A DNA stretch of 64,000 bases from Chiloscyllium plagiosum (taxonomy: Eukaryota). Where the stretch lies: positions 44,144,569 through 44,208,568 of the forward strand of contig NC_057728.1 in assembly GCF_004010195.1 (NCBI RefSeq), in the 5' to 3' direction. How positions within the stretch are numbered: the first letter of the stretch is position 1; each line of letters starts with the position of its first letter. The notes beneath the pieces were generated by a model that searched no databases, was not told the DNA's origin, and saw only the letters and a list, made by a program, of their open reading frames with translations. Positions 25,936 to 38,334 of the stretch are shown here, in pieces. The position numbers were made by a program, and so were the translations under genes.

Positions 25936-27771
25936 ATCAATAGTCACAGGTAAGGTGCCGAAAGACTGGAGGTTGGCAAATGTGGTGCCACTGTTTAAGA
26001 ATGGCGGTAAAGACCGGTGAGCCTGACCTTGGTTGTGGGCAAGTTGTTGGAGGGAATCCTGAGGGCCAGGATGTACATGTATTTGGAAAGGCAAGGACTG
26101 ATTCGGGATAGTCAACATGGTTTTGTGCATGGGAAATCACGTCTCACGAACTTGATTGAGTTTTTTGAAGAAGTAACAAAGAAGATTGATGAGGGCAGAG
26201 CAGTAGACGTGATCTATATGGACAAGGTTCGCCATGGGAGACTGATTAGCAAGGTTAGATCTCATGGAATACAGGGAGAACTAGCCATTTGGATACAGAA
26301 CTAGCTCAAAGGTAGAAGACAGAGGGTGGTGGTGGAGGGTTGTTTTTCAGACTGGAGGCCTGTGACCAGTGGAGTGCCACAAGGATCGGTGCTGGGCCTT
26401 CTGCTTTTTGTCATTTACATAAATGATTTGGATGCGAGCATAAGAGGTACAGTTAGTAAGTTTGCAGACGACACCAAAATTGGAGGTGTAGTGGACAGCG
26501 AAGAGGGTTACCTCAGATTACAACAGAATCCGGACCAGATGGGCCAATGAGCTGAGAAGTGGCAGATGGAGTTTAATTCAGACAAATGCGAGGTGCTGCA
26601 TTTTGGGAAAGCAAATCTNNNNNNNNNNNNNNNNNNNNNNNNNNNNNNNNNNNNNNNNNNNNNNNNNNNNNNNNNNNNNNNNNNNNNNNNNNNNNNNNNN
26701 NNNNNNNNNNNNNNNNNNNNNNNNNNNNNNNNNNNNNNNNNNNNNNNNNNNNNNNNNNNNNNNNNNNNNNNNNNNNNNNNNNNNNNNNNNNNNNNNNNNN
26801 NNNNNNNNNNNNNNNNNNNNNNNNNNNNNNNNNNNNNNNNNNNNNNNNNNNNNNNNNNNNNNNNNNNNNNNNNNNNNNNNNNNNNNNNNNNNNNNNNNNN
26901 NNNNNNNNNNNNNNNNNNNNNNNNNNNNNNNNNNNNNNNNNNNNNNNNNNNNNNNNNNNNNNNNNNNNNNNNNNNNNNNNNNNNNNNNNNNNNNNNNNNN
27001 NNNNNNNNNNNNNNNNNNNNNNNNNNNNNNNNNNNNNNNNNNNNNNNNNNNNNNNNNNNNNNNNNNNNNNNNNNNNNNNNNNNNNNNNNNNNNNNNNNNN
27101 NNNNNNNNNNNNNNNNNNNNNNNNNNNNNNNNNNNNNNNNNNNNNNNNNNNNNNNNNNNNNNNNNNNNNNNNNNNNNNNNNNNNNNNNNNNNNNNNNNNN
27201 NNNNNNNNNNNNNNNNNNNNNNNNNNNNNNNNNNNNNNNNNNNNNNNNNNNNNNNNNNNNATGTTGTGAAACTTGAAAGGGTTCAGAAAAGATTTACAAG
27301 GATGTTGCCATGGTTGAAGGATCTGAGCTACAATGAGAGGCTGAACAGGCTGGGGCTGTTTTCCCTGCAGCGTCGGAGGCTGAGGGGTGACCTTATAGAG
27401 GGTTACAAAATTATGAGGGGCATGGACAGGATAAATAGACAAAGTCTTTTCCCTGGGGACTGGGAGTCCAGAACTAGAGGGCATAGGTTTAGGGTGAGAG
27501 GGGAAAGATATAAAAGAGACCTAAGGGGCAATGTTTTCACACAGAGGGTGGTGCGTGTATGGAATGAGCTGCCAGAGGATGTGGTGGAGGCTGGTACAAT
27601 TGCAACATTTAAGAGGCATTTGGATAGGTATATGAATAGGAAGGGTTTGGAGCGATATGGGCCGGGAGCTGGCAGGTGGGACTAGATTGGGTTGGGATAT
27701 CTGGTCGGCATGGATGGGTTGGACCGAAGGGTCTGTTTCCATGCTGTACATCTCTATGACTCTGTGACTCT
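25936..27771 (+). mobile_element. Younger 5'-truncated HER1/CR1 LINE inserted in the opposite orientation
   Basis: RT ORFs (QHGFVHG..SGVPQGSVLG..KFADDTKIGG) and a C-terminus to GAGRWD*; tail CTCTATGACTCTGTGACTCT. Confidence 0.93.
26619..27260. other. Assembly gap (642 N)
   Basis: Run of N. Confidence 1.
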
Positions 27772-28539
27772 AAGAGCATAACACTCTACTGAAGGCCATT
27801 TTGCTCCTTCCGATCTACAGACCCAGAAAATAGCACCGTTTTATTGCTGTACGAAATACTGCTCCAGGCCAACTTAATACTTATAGCTTATATTTTTAAA
27901 TCTTCAAGTCACATAACAGTCCTGACTGAAAAGTGAAACATCACTTTTTCATAATTATGTGTTTTAAAATGCTGGAACTTCTTCCCTAACAGCACTTTGG
28001 TTTATTTGCATCAAATGGACTACAGCAGTTCATCACTCCACTTCAATTCATTAGGTATGATAATTAGGAGCTTACCTTGCCATATCCCATGAAGGTATGA
28101 AGAAAGGTATGGAATTGTAACAGATAATAAGAGCTTCAGGCAATATTCGTCTGGAAATTTTTTTTAAAAATGTTACACTTTACAGTAGACTTTTACTCCT
28201 ATTGTGCAATAGTACAGGAATATTTATTTATTTTTAAATTACTAGAGTAACATTTCTTTATTTAGAATGATAATTTGTCTATCGATGATTTAGAATTTTT
28301 TTTCAATGTGATAACATGTTAATGTGAGGAACACTGATGTAGTGCAAATTTGCATAATCATTTGAACACATTGTCTGGTACCTTAACGATTTCAATAACT
28401 TATTTCAACAATCATTAATATATTAGAACTGCCAAAATAATTAACTGGCATAGTGTTCCATCCATGAAAAATGACATATCAGAATCATACAGAGAAAACT
28501 CTGTCTATATATTCTCTGTCTGTCAACAGTAACTCTTCA

Positions 28540-28715
28540 GAATATAGACACTTTTCATCTCTGTGGAGTACTGACACTGCTTTTGGTAAATCCTTACCTC
28601 TCTTTATGTAGACATTTCTTTGCTCTCTATCTATGAACACTCATTCTTCTTTCTGTATGGACACTCCTGCCTTACTGACTTCAGACACTTTCATTTGTGT
28701 CTGTGAACACTCATC
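28540..28715. repeat. Degenerate minisatellite, period about 24 bp
   Basis: RACAC-like core recurs at 28547, 28573, 28611, 28636, 28660, 28684 and 28706 in a pyrimidine-rich context. Confidence 0.45.
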
Positions 28716-30124
28716 CCACTGCCTATAAATACCACTTGCCTTCCTGCATCTGTCATTGTTGACTTTGTGAATTCACCATTCACTACTTGTAAACCCACAA
28801 TTTTATAATCTGCATTAGTCATTTCTTTGACTTTGGGTTCTAAGTTGATAAAGGCAACTCTTCCAGATCATGAAGTTGTACACAGTTATCCAGCTATACG
28901 TTTCTTTAGTAGACATATTGAAATGTGACATTATGGGTTAAATATGTTAGTCTGTGATCTTCATGTTTTTGAGCAGTTAAGCATTTTTAAAGGGGGTTTC
29001 ATGTTGGCGGGGCATTCACACAGGAGCTTTTATACAAATGGATGTATACACATTAATTTAGATTTTAGTTTGCAGTGACATCAGTACCTTGTGGTTTGCA
29101 GAAACCAAATCAACACAAAAAAAACTGAACGATTCAACTCTTTCATGTCACTATAAATAATGAGAGTTAAATACACAGATCCCATATTATAAACACTGCC
29201 CAACTTTAAACATTGTAATAATTTAACATGACAATCGTCAGCCCATGCTGCCTTTCATCCTCTAAATGATTTCACTGGGTGTAGTTTGTACATTTCTCAA
29301 CGAAGTGTTAATTTCTTTCAAAAAGGATGCACAACTCACTGCCTGTATTAAAACGCAGTGTTGTGCATGTGTAGTTTTTTTTAAAAAACTCTTCTTTAAA
29401 GTTCTTGTCACGAAGCATCACAGAATGTCCTACAGAAAGAAAAGCAAAAATGTGAAAGTACAGAAATGCAGACCTATTTACTGTAGCTTTCTTTGCATCC
29501 CCTTCCCCCAACTCTTGTTCCTGAAGTTTTCAGCAGGAAGCTTTTCAGCAGTTGAGGGAAATATTTAGATTTACTTTTAGGAGAAGCAATTTGAACATGA
29601 AAAAAATGTGGAGTGAAATTTATATAAGCACCTTATTATATCTTTCAGAAACACTCTAAGACCTTTGATGGAAAATTACTTGTTTTCACTTGTGAAACAC
29701 AGCAAACATTTTACACATCTTAGGCAGTATCTAAAGAACTTGCAACTGACTTTTATTGCCAATATACCAGTTGGTGTGATCTTCCAGGAGGTTGCCTCCT
29801 AATTGGCCAAACACCTTCCAATTACGAGAACAGTAGGCATGTTCCTGTGTCTGCAGCTTTAGAAGAATGGCAGCCCTATTGGCAGATGTAGTTGTTGCCT
29901 GTGTAGGAGGGGACCACATACCCAGGCCACTGGTATGGAGGAGCAACTTTGCAACAGTTTGGCCTGAGGGTATGTCTACGTTGCAGCACAAACAGTGGTG
30001 ACTTGGGAATGTGTTGCTGTCACCAATCCTTTTTCTATGCTGAGTCTAAGGGTCTGTTTATTTAACACTGATGGAAGGTGCACCACCATTGTCTTAACGA
30101 AAGTCTTTCATAATATGTAGTTTA

Positions 30125-30229
30125 GGCGAAAGTGAGGACTGCAGATGCTGGAGATCAGCATCAAGATTAGAGTGTTGCTGGAGAAGCACAGCAGGTCAGG
30201 CAGCATCTGAGGATGCTGCCTGACCTGCT
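30125..30229 (-). mobile_element. Miniature fold-back Penelope-like insert
   Basis: Same terminus as 2930 (GAAAGTGAGGACTGCAGATGCTGGAGATCAG). Perfect 18-bp inverted repeat 30190-30207/30212-30229. 14-bp direct repeat TAATATGYAGTTTA at 30111-30124 and 30229-30242. Confidence 0.8.
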
Positions 30230-30975
30230 AATATGCAGTTTATTGCATTATAACAATAAGTACAAGATACATTGACCAGTTAGTCCAAGGATGACACCTC
30301 TGTCTCCATCAGAACCTTGTATTAGTTTGCTTTCTTTCCAGCAAAAATGTGTGAAACTATGACAATCTGTGACATCATCAGACTGGGTGAAATGTAATGC
30401 AACTTGAACATTAAATTTTCCCTACTATTATCGTTAAGGGAGCTATGCAGCAAGCTCGGTATTTCTTGATGCTTCTACCCAACCTCATGATCCTCTGTTT
30501 TTGGTTGAGAGGCAAATGCTGTTCAGAAAAATGGAATAATTCCTTGTTCATCTCCAAACTATGCAACACTTTAAAAAAAATATTCAACTTAACCACTGAA
30601 ATAGGCAGAAGGACCTTTGATTTAATGTATTACCTAAAGCATTCCCTTGAACATTTCAGGATTAAGCATTACAGCATGAGTCAAACTTGCACATGCACAT
30701 CATTCCTTCAAGGGATTAGTGGGGGCCCCTTTGAAAAAGCAAGTATTTGATTATTTTAAAGGATTCTGTTACATCTGTTACTTTCGATGCAAGTGGGGAA
30801 GTATCCTGAGCGGGCAAGTTGGCAGTGTTGAGAAAATGCTGGGTCATTGGTGTTGGGAATTGGGGTGGGTGAGGGAAGACGTGCAGGCAGGCAAATGCTG
30901 GACAAGGGCTTTGCTTGGGGTGAGTCCAGTAGCAGAATTAGAGTGGGTATGATGTAGCAGAGAGAAGATAGTAAG

Positions 30976-31210
30976 ACTTAAGTGGAGTGGAGAAGATCAT
31001 TGACCATCTTCCTACAATGCTGGGCATTTTACCTGATGGCTAGGACTATGGGCATCTTCAGACCATGCTGGCATGCCCGTGTAATCTAGTGTTATGGTCA
31101 CCACTCCTAGTCCTGAAGAAGAGGACGTCCTGTCTTTGCACTACCTCATCCAGCAGAACTTCTAAGATTCTGCCTGTAAATTGAGATTTCAGTTTCCCAA
31201 TATCTGCCAT
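30976..31210 (-). pseudogene. Fossil Myb/SANT-like DNA-binding exon, probably a Harbinger transposon accessory gene
   Basis: MADIGKLKSQFTGRILEVLLDEVVQRQDVLF...(disrupted)...AQHCRKMVNDLLHST followed by a TAAGT donor-like site. Confidence 0.55.
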
Positions 31211-33032
31211 GTCAGTGGCAAATGGTGTAGGGCAGTTCCTGAGTGACAGTATTTGTCTGGATGCACAACTTAAGTTTAGAGAAGACATGGTCACACAGGA
31301 TGCTAGTGAACTCCTGTGTATCGGCTGATTGGAGAGTTGTTTCCAGAACAGTATGTGAAAAGATGGGGCCAGAATTGGATGTGAAATTAATAGGCCTTAT
31401 GGCAGCATTCCCTCCAAAAGTCTCAATGCGACTTCGACTTAGCCAAAACAAAATGTAAATTCAATCCATGATTTGTAGAGAAGCATGAAAAATTCCATTC
31501 CCTATTATAGATGTATTCAAATCCTTAAAGGGAAGTAATAAGGCTGGTCAATTTCAAACAATGCCTTGGATGCAATGAACCTATCTGGCTCAAATGTTTG
31601 ATCACCAAGTTTGTCACTGAAGCTAACTTGTCTCCAACTTATCTTTGCCAGATCTGTCATCTTGGAGCTGCTTTGATCCCAGAAAGACTATCAGATTTCC
31701 CATTCCTGCAAGGAATAATAGTCATGAGTCGCTAATAGAACTAACAAGCATGTGTTTCAGCTCTCAGTAATAAATCTGCAGTTACTAGGAATTCCACCTG
31801 CTGGCATGTTGAGCAACTTAACTAATCACTAACGTATGTGTACATTCATAACATTGTTCTGACCAGAGATTATACTCTAGTGATGGGGAATTCTATTGTA
31901 ATGCCCAAATGGCAGCAATAGAGATATTCTAAGTTTTTTGCTGTTAAGAAGTTATATATTTCATGTACATTCTTTCTTAAAAAAAAGGACGCTTGCCATG
32001 TATTAAAATGAAAGTTATCAAACACAGAAAGAGCAAGTACACTACTTCCCGGGATGTCCAGTAATTATCAGAACAAAGGTCAGCTCATCAACTTTTGGAC
32101 TGCAACACTCCTTACATTATGTGAACATTGCAGCCAAGAGAACACAAATGGTTAGTAGATGTCGTGCTACCTCAGGCAGTTCTGGACAAAGGAGACTATC
32201 AAATCCCATTCAGTGACTTCATGCAAATTATTTCATAGTAATTTGCTATAAAATTCAATGTTTTATAACAAAGGAAAATCAAATTCAACTTATTAGCTTA
32301 GTGCCTTACTTAAGTGATATTAATTGATATTAATTAACTGACTCCCATTCTGATATATCTTGGTAGATTTGTCTTTTATTCATCAGTCTGTTTGAAACAA
32401 CAGAAGAGAAAGTAGCTCCACACTTGCTAAATACCTGCCTCTGATCACAATATTTCTGAAAAGTCTGATTTTTTGAAAGAAACCTGTGCTTCAGCAGAGG
32501 AGTGAACCAATTCCTAGTTTACAAGTGTTACACAGTCACAAGCAGTCCAACTGATTCAGAGCCTGTACATGGATAATTCTAAACACAGCAAATTGGTAGA
32601 ATTTTACCTGGACATTGATTTCCAGGTATTTATTTCATGAGAACTAATTCTGATGGTTTTGATCTTAAGCAATTTGCCACTTGTAACTCCTCTTTTTTTC
32701 CTTTTTTCTTCCTTGCATGATTCTGTGTGTAAATGTGTATCGCAAACCAGTCTACTAGGTTTTAAATGCAATAATAAACACTGCTTTGTAACAACCCTAA
32801 AGATTTTTTGTGAATCATTTTAAATTGCTCTTCACAAGGGATGTTTATTTAAGAAACCATCTTTTCAAAGAGAAAAGAAAATAAGAAACAAAAATAAAAA
32901 AATACACTGTTACACATGAAAGAAGAAAACAGTAAGAGTAATTCAGTTAATCTCTCCCTCTTGTCTATTACACTCAATTAGAGGTGTAAAGTTTCAACAT
33001 CATCTGGTTTCTCAGAAACTCTTAGCATTCAC

Positions 33033-33178
33033 CTGTACCTGTGTTTTGGTTTTTGCCGCTGTTTACCTATTATTTACTTATCTATGCTATTTAACTCTGT
33101 GATCTGCCTGTATTGTTCACAAGACAAAGCTTTTCACTGTGCCTTGGTGCATGTGACAATAAATTCAATTCAATTCAA
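33033..33178 (+). mobile_element. LINE 3' end (Rex1/Babar-like or L2) with (TTCAA)n tail
   Basis: AAAGCTTTTCACTGTGCCTTGGTGCATGTGACAATAAA followed by TTCAATTCAATTCAA. Confidence 0.55.
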
Positions 33179-34791
33179 TGCAATCCTTGACTTACCCTAT
33201 AGTTGATGGATATCTACAATAGAAAGTGAGCATGCTGGAAGCATTTAGAGATAAGTGAGAATCTGTGGGGAGGCAAGTAACTTGATATCTCTGGTATAGG
33301 ACGTTTATCCACTGGAACATTGCCAATCACTTGTTTGACATTTACATGCATTGTCCTCAAACTAGTTCTCCAGGTTATGATGCTGGTGCTGATTTTGCAT
33401 GTCTGTTTTCTCATCAGTTTGGTGATGGACACCTGCCTTTAAAGTTAAAAAACACCTCCACTGAGTAGATTGGAACATGTCAACTAACTTGATGTTCACA
33501 TTATCCAGTCCAAATCAATGTACCTGTTTTACAGGATGTTGGTTGCTTAATTAAAGTCCTTGTGAGTGACTTTGATAAACTGACTTCCATTCTGTAAAAC
33601 TGAATAGCAGGATAGTATAAGTTGAAAGCTTACTTCCAGCAACTGTTTCCTACTTTTGATACAAATGCACTTGACAGCTTGATTCCGGAACTTGCACATG
33701 AGCTAGAGGAAGCCTGGTTATTGCATGCACAAGAGTTTTGAACTTTATTTTTATTTTTAAGAATTAATGTATTGTGTATTGCTATATTAGTTTGAAAATT
33801 GAATAAACTTTAAGATAACAGATTAGATTTATTTCATATCAACATTGGTCATGTTGCTGTGTGAATGAGATTACCACGGGATGAGGTAAAGATAACTGCT
33901 ATAACAATGAGATGACCCAGACATTTTGATGCTAATTGACAAATCTCGCGGATAAGTGTTAATCTGTAAATAAAACAGATGCTATAGCAACAAAATATTT
34001 GTAATGACCAGTAGAAATCATGTTATAGGAATGAGGATGCCCAGATATTGTAGGATGATCTGAACTCTTATTAGAACGGTCTGTACTAAAATGACAATGG
34101 CTATTTATTTTGTGTTTTTTTCCCCTTTCAAGGCTTTCCCAACCATCAATAAATTTGTTACAAGATAAAATATAAAAATAGTTAACTTTCTTTAGCCACA
34201 CTAGATCCAGATTATTGGTGCTAGGTTCTCCTGTTAGTGTCTGCAATAGGCATAATCTATGCTGATCCCTGTTTAATGTAAATCTCAATGAAGATCCTGT
34301 CTAGTTGCAGTTAGAATCTCATTTTGCCTGAATTGCACCTGTACAAAAACAGTGGGACAAGTGAATATCAAAGGAAGAGGGAAACAGATAACAATTCTGA
34401 GGCCTGTGCTACTGAAGACAAATGCACATCCATATGACTTTGGGCATTGCTGACAATTATGACCTTGCACCACAGGGACATGTGGACTAACATGACACAG
34501 GAACAGTAAGAAGAATCAGCTTTCCAACTCTCCTGAGATAAACCTTTGCAAAGATCATTAGGCAGTGTGTTTCTGTTGCTGAGCTTGATAACCCCAGGTT
34601 GATAAAACAACACCCTGCTGTTGTCAGTTTTGCACTGTACCAGGAATATTTTCTTTGCATGTATTTTGGTGGTAGTCCTTCTTTTAATCCTGCCCTTCTC
34701 CAAGTGATGCATTCATTCCCTAAGTATTCTGTTAATCATAAATGACTTGATCTTTGTACCAACTATTTCTACAATTTTTTTTATTTGTCAG

Positions 34792-34877
34792 AGGGCTGCT
34801 TCTACAGGAAAATGACCGGTTCTCAGAGGCCTTACATTACTATAAATTGGCAATTGGTAGCAGGCCTACCCTGGCAT
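34792..34877 (+). CDS. TMTC2: TMTC2 coding exon (86 bp), TPR
   Basis: TTTGTCAG| acceptor, T|GTAAGT donor; (L)GLLLQENDRFSEALHYYKLAIGSRPTLA(S); phase 2 to 1 is consistent. Confidence 0.97.
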
Positions 34878-35832
34878 GTAAGTAACCACCTATCGCTGTT
34901 GAAAACATTAACAGACTTTTGCATTTGAAAATAGCTAATGAGCTGTATTGTTTAACAAAACAACCACACTATCCAGATCTAGGGCATTAATTTAAAACAA
35001 ACCAAATGTAAGTTGGTCAACACTCATTATGATGAACCAATTAATGTGTCAGTATTGTAATTTATGGTTATTCCTCTTTGCAGTAATAGCGATGAAAGCT
35101 TGATTTCACAACAGTGATGAAAGCCTGATTTTGCTCCAGTTTCTGCTCTTGTAGCTGAAAATAGTTTTTGCTGTCAATTTTTTTTATATATGGGAATAGT
35201 TCTGGTGTTCCAATTTTCTGATTTTTAACTCTTTCATGTTTTCCTGCTGAAAATCCACACAGCACTCAAAACAACGCAAGGCCAGGCAGAAACCACATTT
35301 TAAATGGAGAGGCTTAATTATTTTAAGATATTTATTCCATCTGATGGTTAATAGCACAGGGTGCATTGTACACCAGTTGGTTGTGCCACACCTCTCAGTG
35401 CAGTGAAGAGCTTGAGCCATGAACATTACAGAAGCAAGACTTCCCTAGAAAGAGGATAGTAGCTTTGGTAAATCCAGGAATTAGATTAGTTACCCATCTG
35501 TTTTGGGAAACAGCAGTTGTTAGATGTACATAAGCACAAGATAATAATGTAAATATTTTCCCATTCTTAAACATGATTTGTAAATCAGCTCTGCAAGTTG
35601 CCCAGTCTTTTCAGATGTTCAACATAATTCTGAGTGCTCCAATAATTGAGCCTTTTAATTTGCCTTTTATGTGTACATTGATATTCTCGTAATCAATGGT
35701 ACCTTTGCCAATGCTTGGTAAAAGAAATTCCAAACTTTAGTGAAAAATGTCAATTGATATGCGCAAGCATAGAGAACAGAATGTTTTTGCTCAATTAACA
35801 TTTCTGACAGTTATTTACTCCTTTTCTTGCAG

Positions 35833-36017
35833 CTGCCTATCTGAACACTGGGATTATTTTAATGAACCAGGGCAAGTTAGAAGAAGCCAAGAGAACCTTT
35901 GTTATATGTGCTGACATCTCAGACGAAAATCTCAAAGACCCTCATACCCACAGGAGTTCAGTAACGAGCTGCTTATACAACTTAGGCAAACTCCTACATG
36001 AACAAGGACAGCATGAG
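35833..36017 (+). CDS. TMTC2: TMTC2 coding exon (185 bp), TPR
   Basis: TTCTTGCAG| acceptor, GAG|GTAGGA donor; (S)AYLNTGIILMNQGKLEEAKRTFVICADISDENLKDPHTHRSSVTSCLYNLGKLLHEQGQHE. Confidence 0.97.
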
Positions 36018-36903
36018 GTAGGAATAGATTAAAAGTACAATGGTAACAGTGAACATGTAAAGTATGTTCCAAGAGGAGCAGGCCATTCAATCATTCAAGA
36101 CTATTCAATCATTGAAGAAGAAAATGGCTGAATTATGTGTGGAATATTATAGGTCCCTGACTGATATGGTCTATAGTGAGGAATCTGGGAGAATCACATG
36201 AAATGTCCAGTGAGGTCTTTCTCAATGTCGGGATAACTAGCTGTATTTTATGACTAAGTTACAGAAGTCGTGTGGAGATTCTTGCTGGGAAACAGTGAGA
36301 TACCTATTAACAGGGGTTATTGCTTGTTATTGGCCTCATTAACTGCACATCTTGCCTCATTAATATGTAGCTTCCTATCATACCACTTGCAGCAAGGAAA
36401 ACAGATGCTGAGAACTCCTGAGATGAAAATCAAAGCGGGACACCAAGCATTTTCAGCTTGCTGCTTGCTCCGCCATCTTGGATACCCAGCACCGACAGAT
36501 CAGGGCACGCTTCAGGGCTGCAATCACCCCACGTTCTTGGAAGCTGGCAATCAACACATGCCAGCCTCTGTAATACCTTCCCAATTCACTTGCCAAATGC
36601 TTCAGCATTTGAAAGTTGTGCAATACAACTGCAAGAACATTTCACATGCAGGGGCAAATATCGGTCTGCCCTACCATCCGTTCTGGCACTTTCTGCCTTC
36701 TTAGGAGCCTTCTGGAAAAAGAGAAAAGAGAAGGATTGAATCTGCTAAGAATGGGTGGCACAGCTGCTAGTATTAGTGTTGATCTGGGAAAGGTGTTAAG
36801 GTGTCCTGAGCAAGTGAATAGACATTGCAGTGACCATTCAGGGTTAGGAGAGCAGGGTGTTGGCTGGGTGAGAATGAATGAGGGAACAGTTGGCATATAA
36901 TGG

Positions 36904-37263
36904 TCAGAAGCAAAAAGGGGACATGAGATAGCTTTGGCAAAAAGGGGTAAAGATAATCCAAAAGGTTTTTATAAATACAATAAAGACAAAAGAGTAACTA
37001 GGGAGAGAATAGGGCCTCTCAAAGATCAGCAAGGCAGCTGATGTATGGAACCACAGGAGATGGGGGAGATATTAAATGAGTATTTTGCAACAATGTTTAC
37101 TATGGAGAAGGACATGGAAGATATAGAACATGGGGAAATAGATGATGACATCTTGAAAAATGTCCATGTTATAGAGGAGGAGGTGCTGGATGTCTTCAAT
37201 TGCATAAAAGTGGATAAATCACCAGGACCTGATTAGGTGTACCCTTGAACTCTGTGAGAAGCT
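36904..37263 (+). mobile_element. HER1/CR1 internal ORF2 fragment
   Basis: MEPQEMGEILNEYFATMFT...DKSPGPD; homologous to the reverse complement of 23580-23915. Confidence 0.85.
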
Positions 37264-38334
37264 CCATTTCACCATCCTATTTTGGATCCTTTAGGTACCT
37301 GCCTGTAAAGCAAGTTACCAATTTCCCCTTAACTGCCAAGTCTGGGGAAAAGTCATGGACTTTGCAGAGCAACTTTGGGCTGACAGTGCTTGCCTGGGTC
37401 CACAGGATGGCGTAAATGCAAGTGATATTGGTCCACTCAAGGATAGCTGAGCAGTGACGAGTTCTTCTGCTTATGGCGAATGGCTTAGTATCAGTCAAGA
37501 GGGACGCCATAGGGGTGGGTTCTTGGATAAGGAACACGCTTGGGCCAATAACATAAGAAAACTTCAGAGGCCTAACTGAGAAAGACTCATGATGATACTT
37601 AATGAATTGTACACTTAGACAAAAAAACATAAAATTCAGCCTTATATTTTAATTTTATCATTACCTGAAATATTTAAATATATCACTCAAACTCACACAC
37701 AGGGTGGAATTTTCAGCATCTTGAGGGCATCCGCTTGAAGGTAGAAATGGCATTTAATTAAGCAGTGTGATGGCCTACACAAACCTTAACACCACCAGAC
37801 TTAGCTCTGAGCAAGAAGGCCCATGGTCAAAATTTTCACTCCACTGTCAATTAAGACTCTTAAATTGCTAATCAGGAACCATTTGAGGACCTCGGCCCAC
37901 ATTGCAAGGACCCACGCTGCTTGAGATGGGCATGTCAACATGCTGTCTTCCTGGTAGCTGCTACCCTGTGGCTAGTTTATCACATTGTATAAGGGGTGAC
38001 TATCCTTGAACAAATACACTCAGTTCCTGATTGAGGGACTAGACATTGGGTAGGATGCCAACTGGAAATTATATGCCAGCCCCCTGTTTCCAGTCATTCT
38101 GACCCCTCTCTTCTTGACTCCCAACTTGAGAAATCTGATTCCTCCCTACTTTTGGTATCATTTACTTTGTCCTGTGTCCTTGGTGATCCTAGGAATCTGA
38201 TAGATACAGCCACAGCTTCCTCCATGATGTTGCTGAGTGCAAAGTGTGCCTGACTTCTCTTTTGGCGGGTTTCGCAGGGCAGGGCTTTCACTCCCTGAAT
38301 AGCCACTGGTGGCCTTCCTTGGGAGATGTAGAGA

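Larger units (their letters stand above)
22073..27897 (-). mobile_element. Near full-length HER1/CR1 LINE (ORF1 zinc finger/esterase; ORF2 APE endonuclease plus RT), disrupted; segments 22073-25935 and 27772-27897
   Basis: Minus ORFs: MVHCLPGARIKDVSERV..VIVHIGNNN (ORF1 esterase), MVGDFNFPNIDW..DLLL..HFGASDHNSI (endonuclease), QHGF..SGMPQGSVLGP..KFADDT (RT). ORF1 start MAFSRVLCS at 27799. Many stops and frameshifts. Confidence 0.92.
20640..28105 (+). mobile_element. LINE family A copy split into 20640-22072 and about 27898-28105 by nested CR1 elements
   Basis: RT remnants (ANYCLLASSQ, GSVPEPTIFNCFINDL). The 3' UTR breaks at GCTGTGGAACATC and resumes at CTTCAAGTCACAT..CAGTCCTGACTG..CTTCCCTAACAGCAC..CCCATGAA. 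Confidence 0.7.

Noticed and set aside
26566..27685. Long ORFs spanning the second gap
   Set aside because: N-gap artefacts; the real residues are CR1 ORF2.
22073..27897. Active LINE or novel RT system
   Set aside because: Ordinary CR1 domains with many stops, frameshifts and an insertion in ORF1.
28540..28715. CRISPR-like repeat/spacer appearance (also 50695-50813)
   Set aside because: Cores are too short and degenerate or the units are simple tandem copies; eukaryotic intron, no cas genes.
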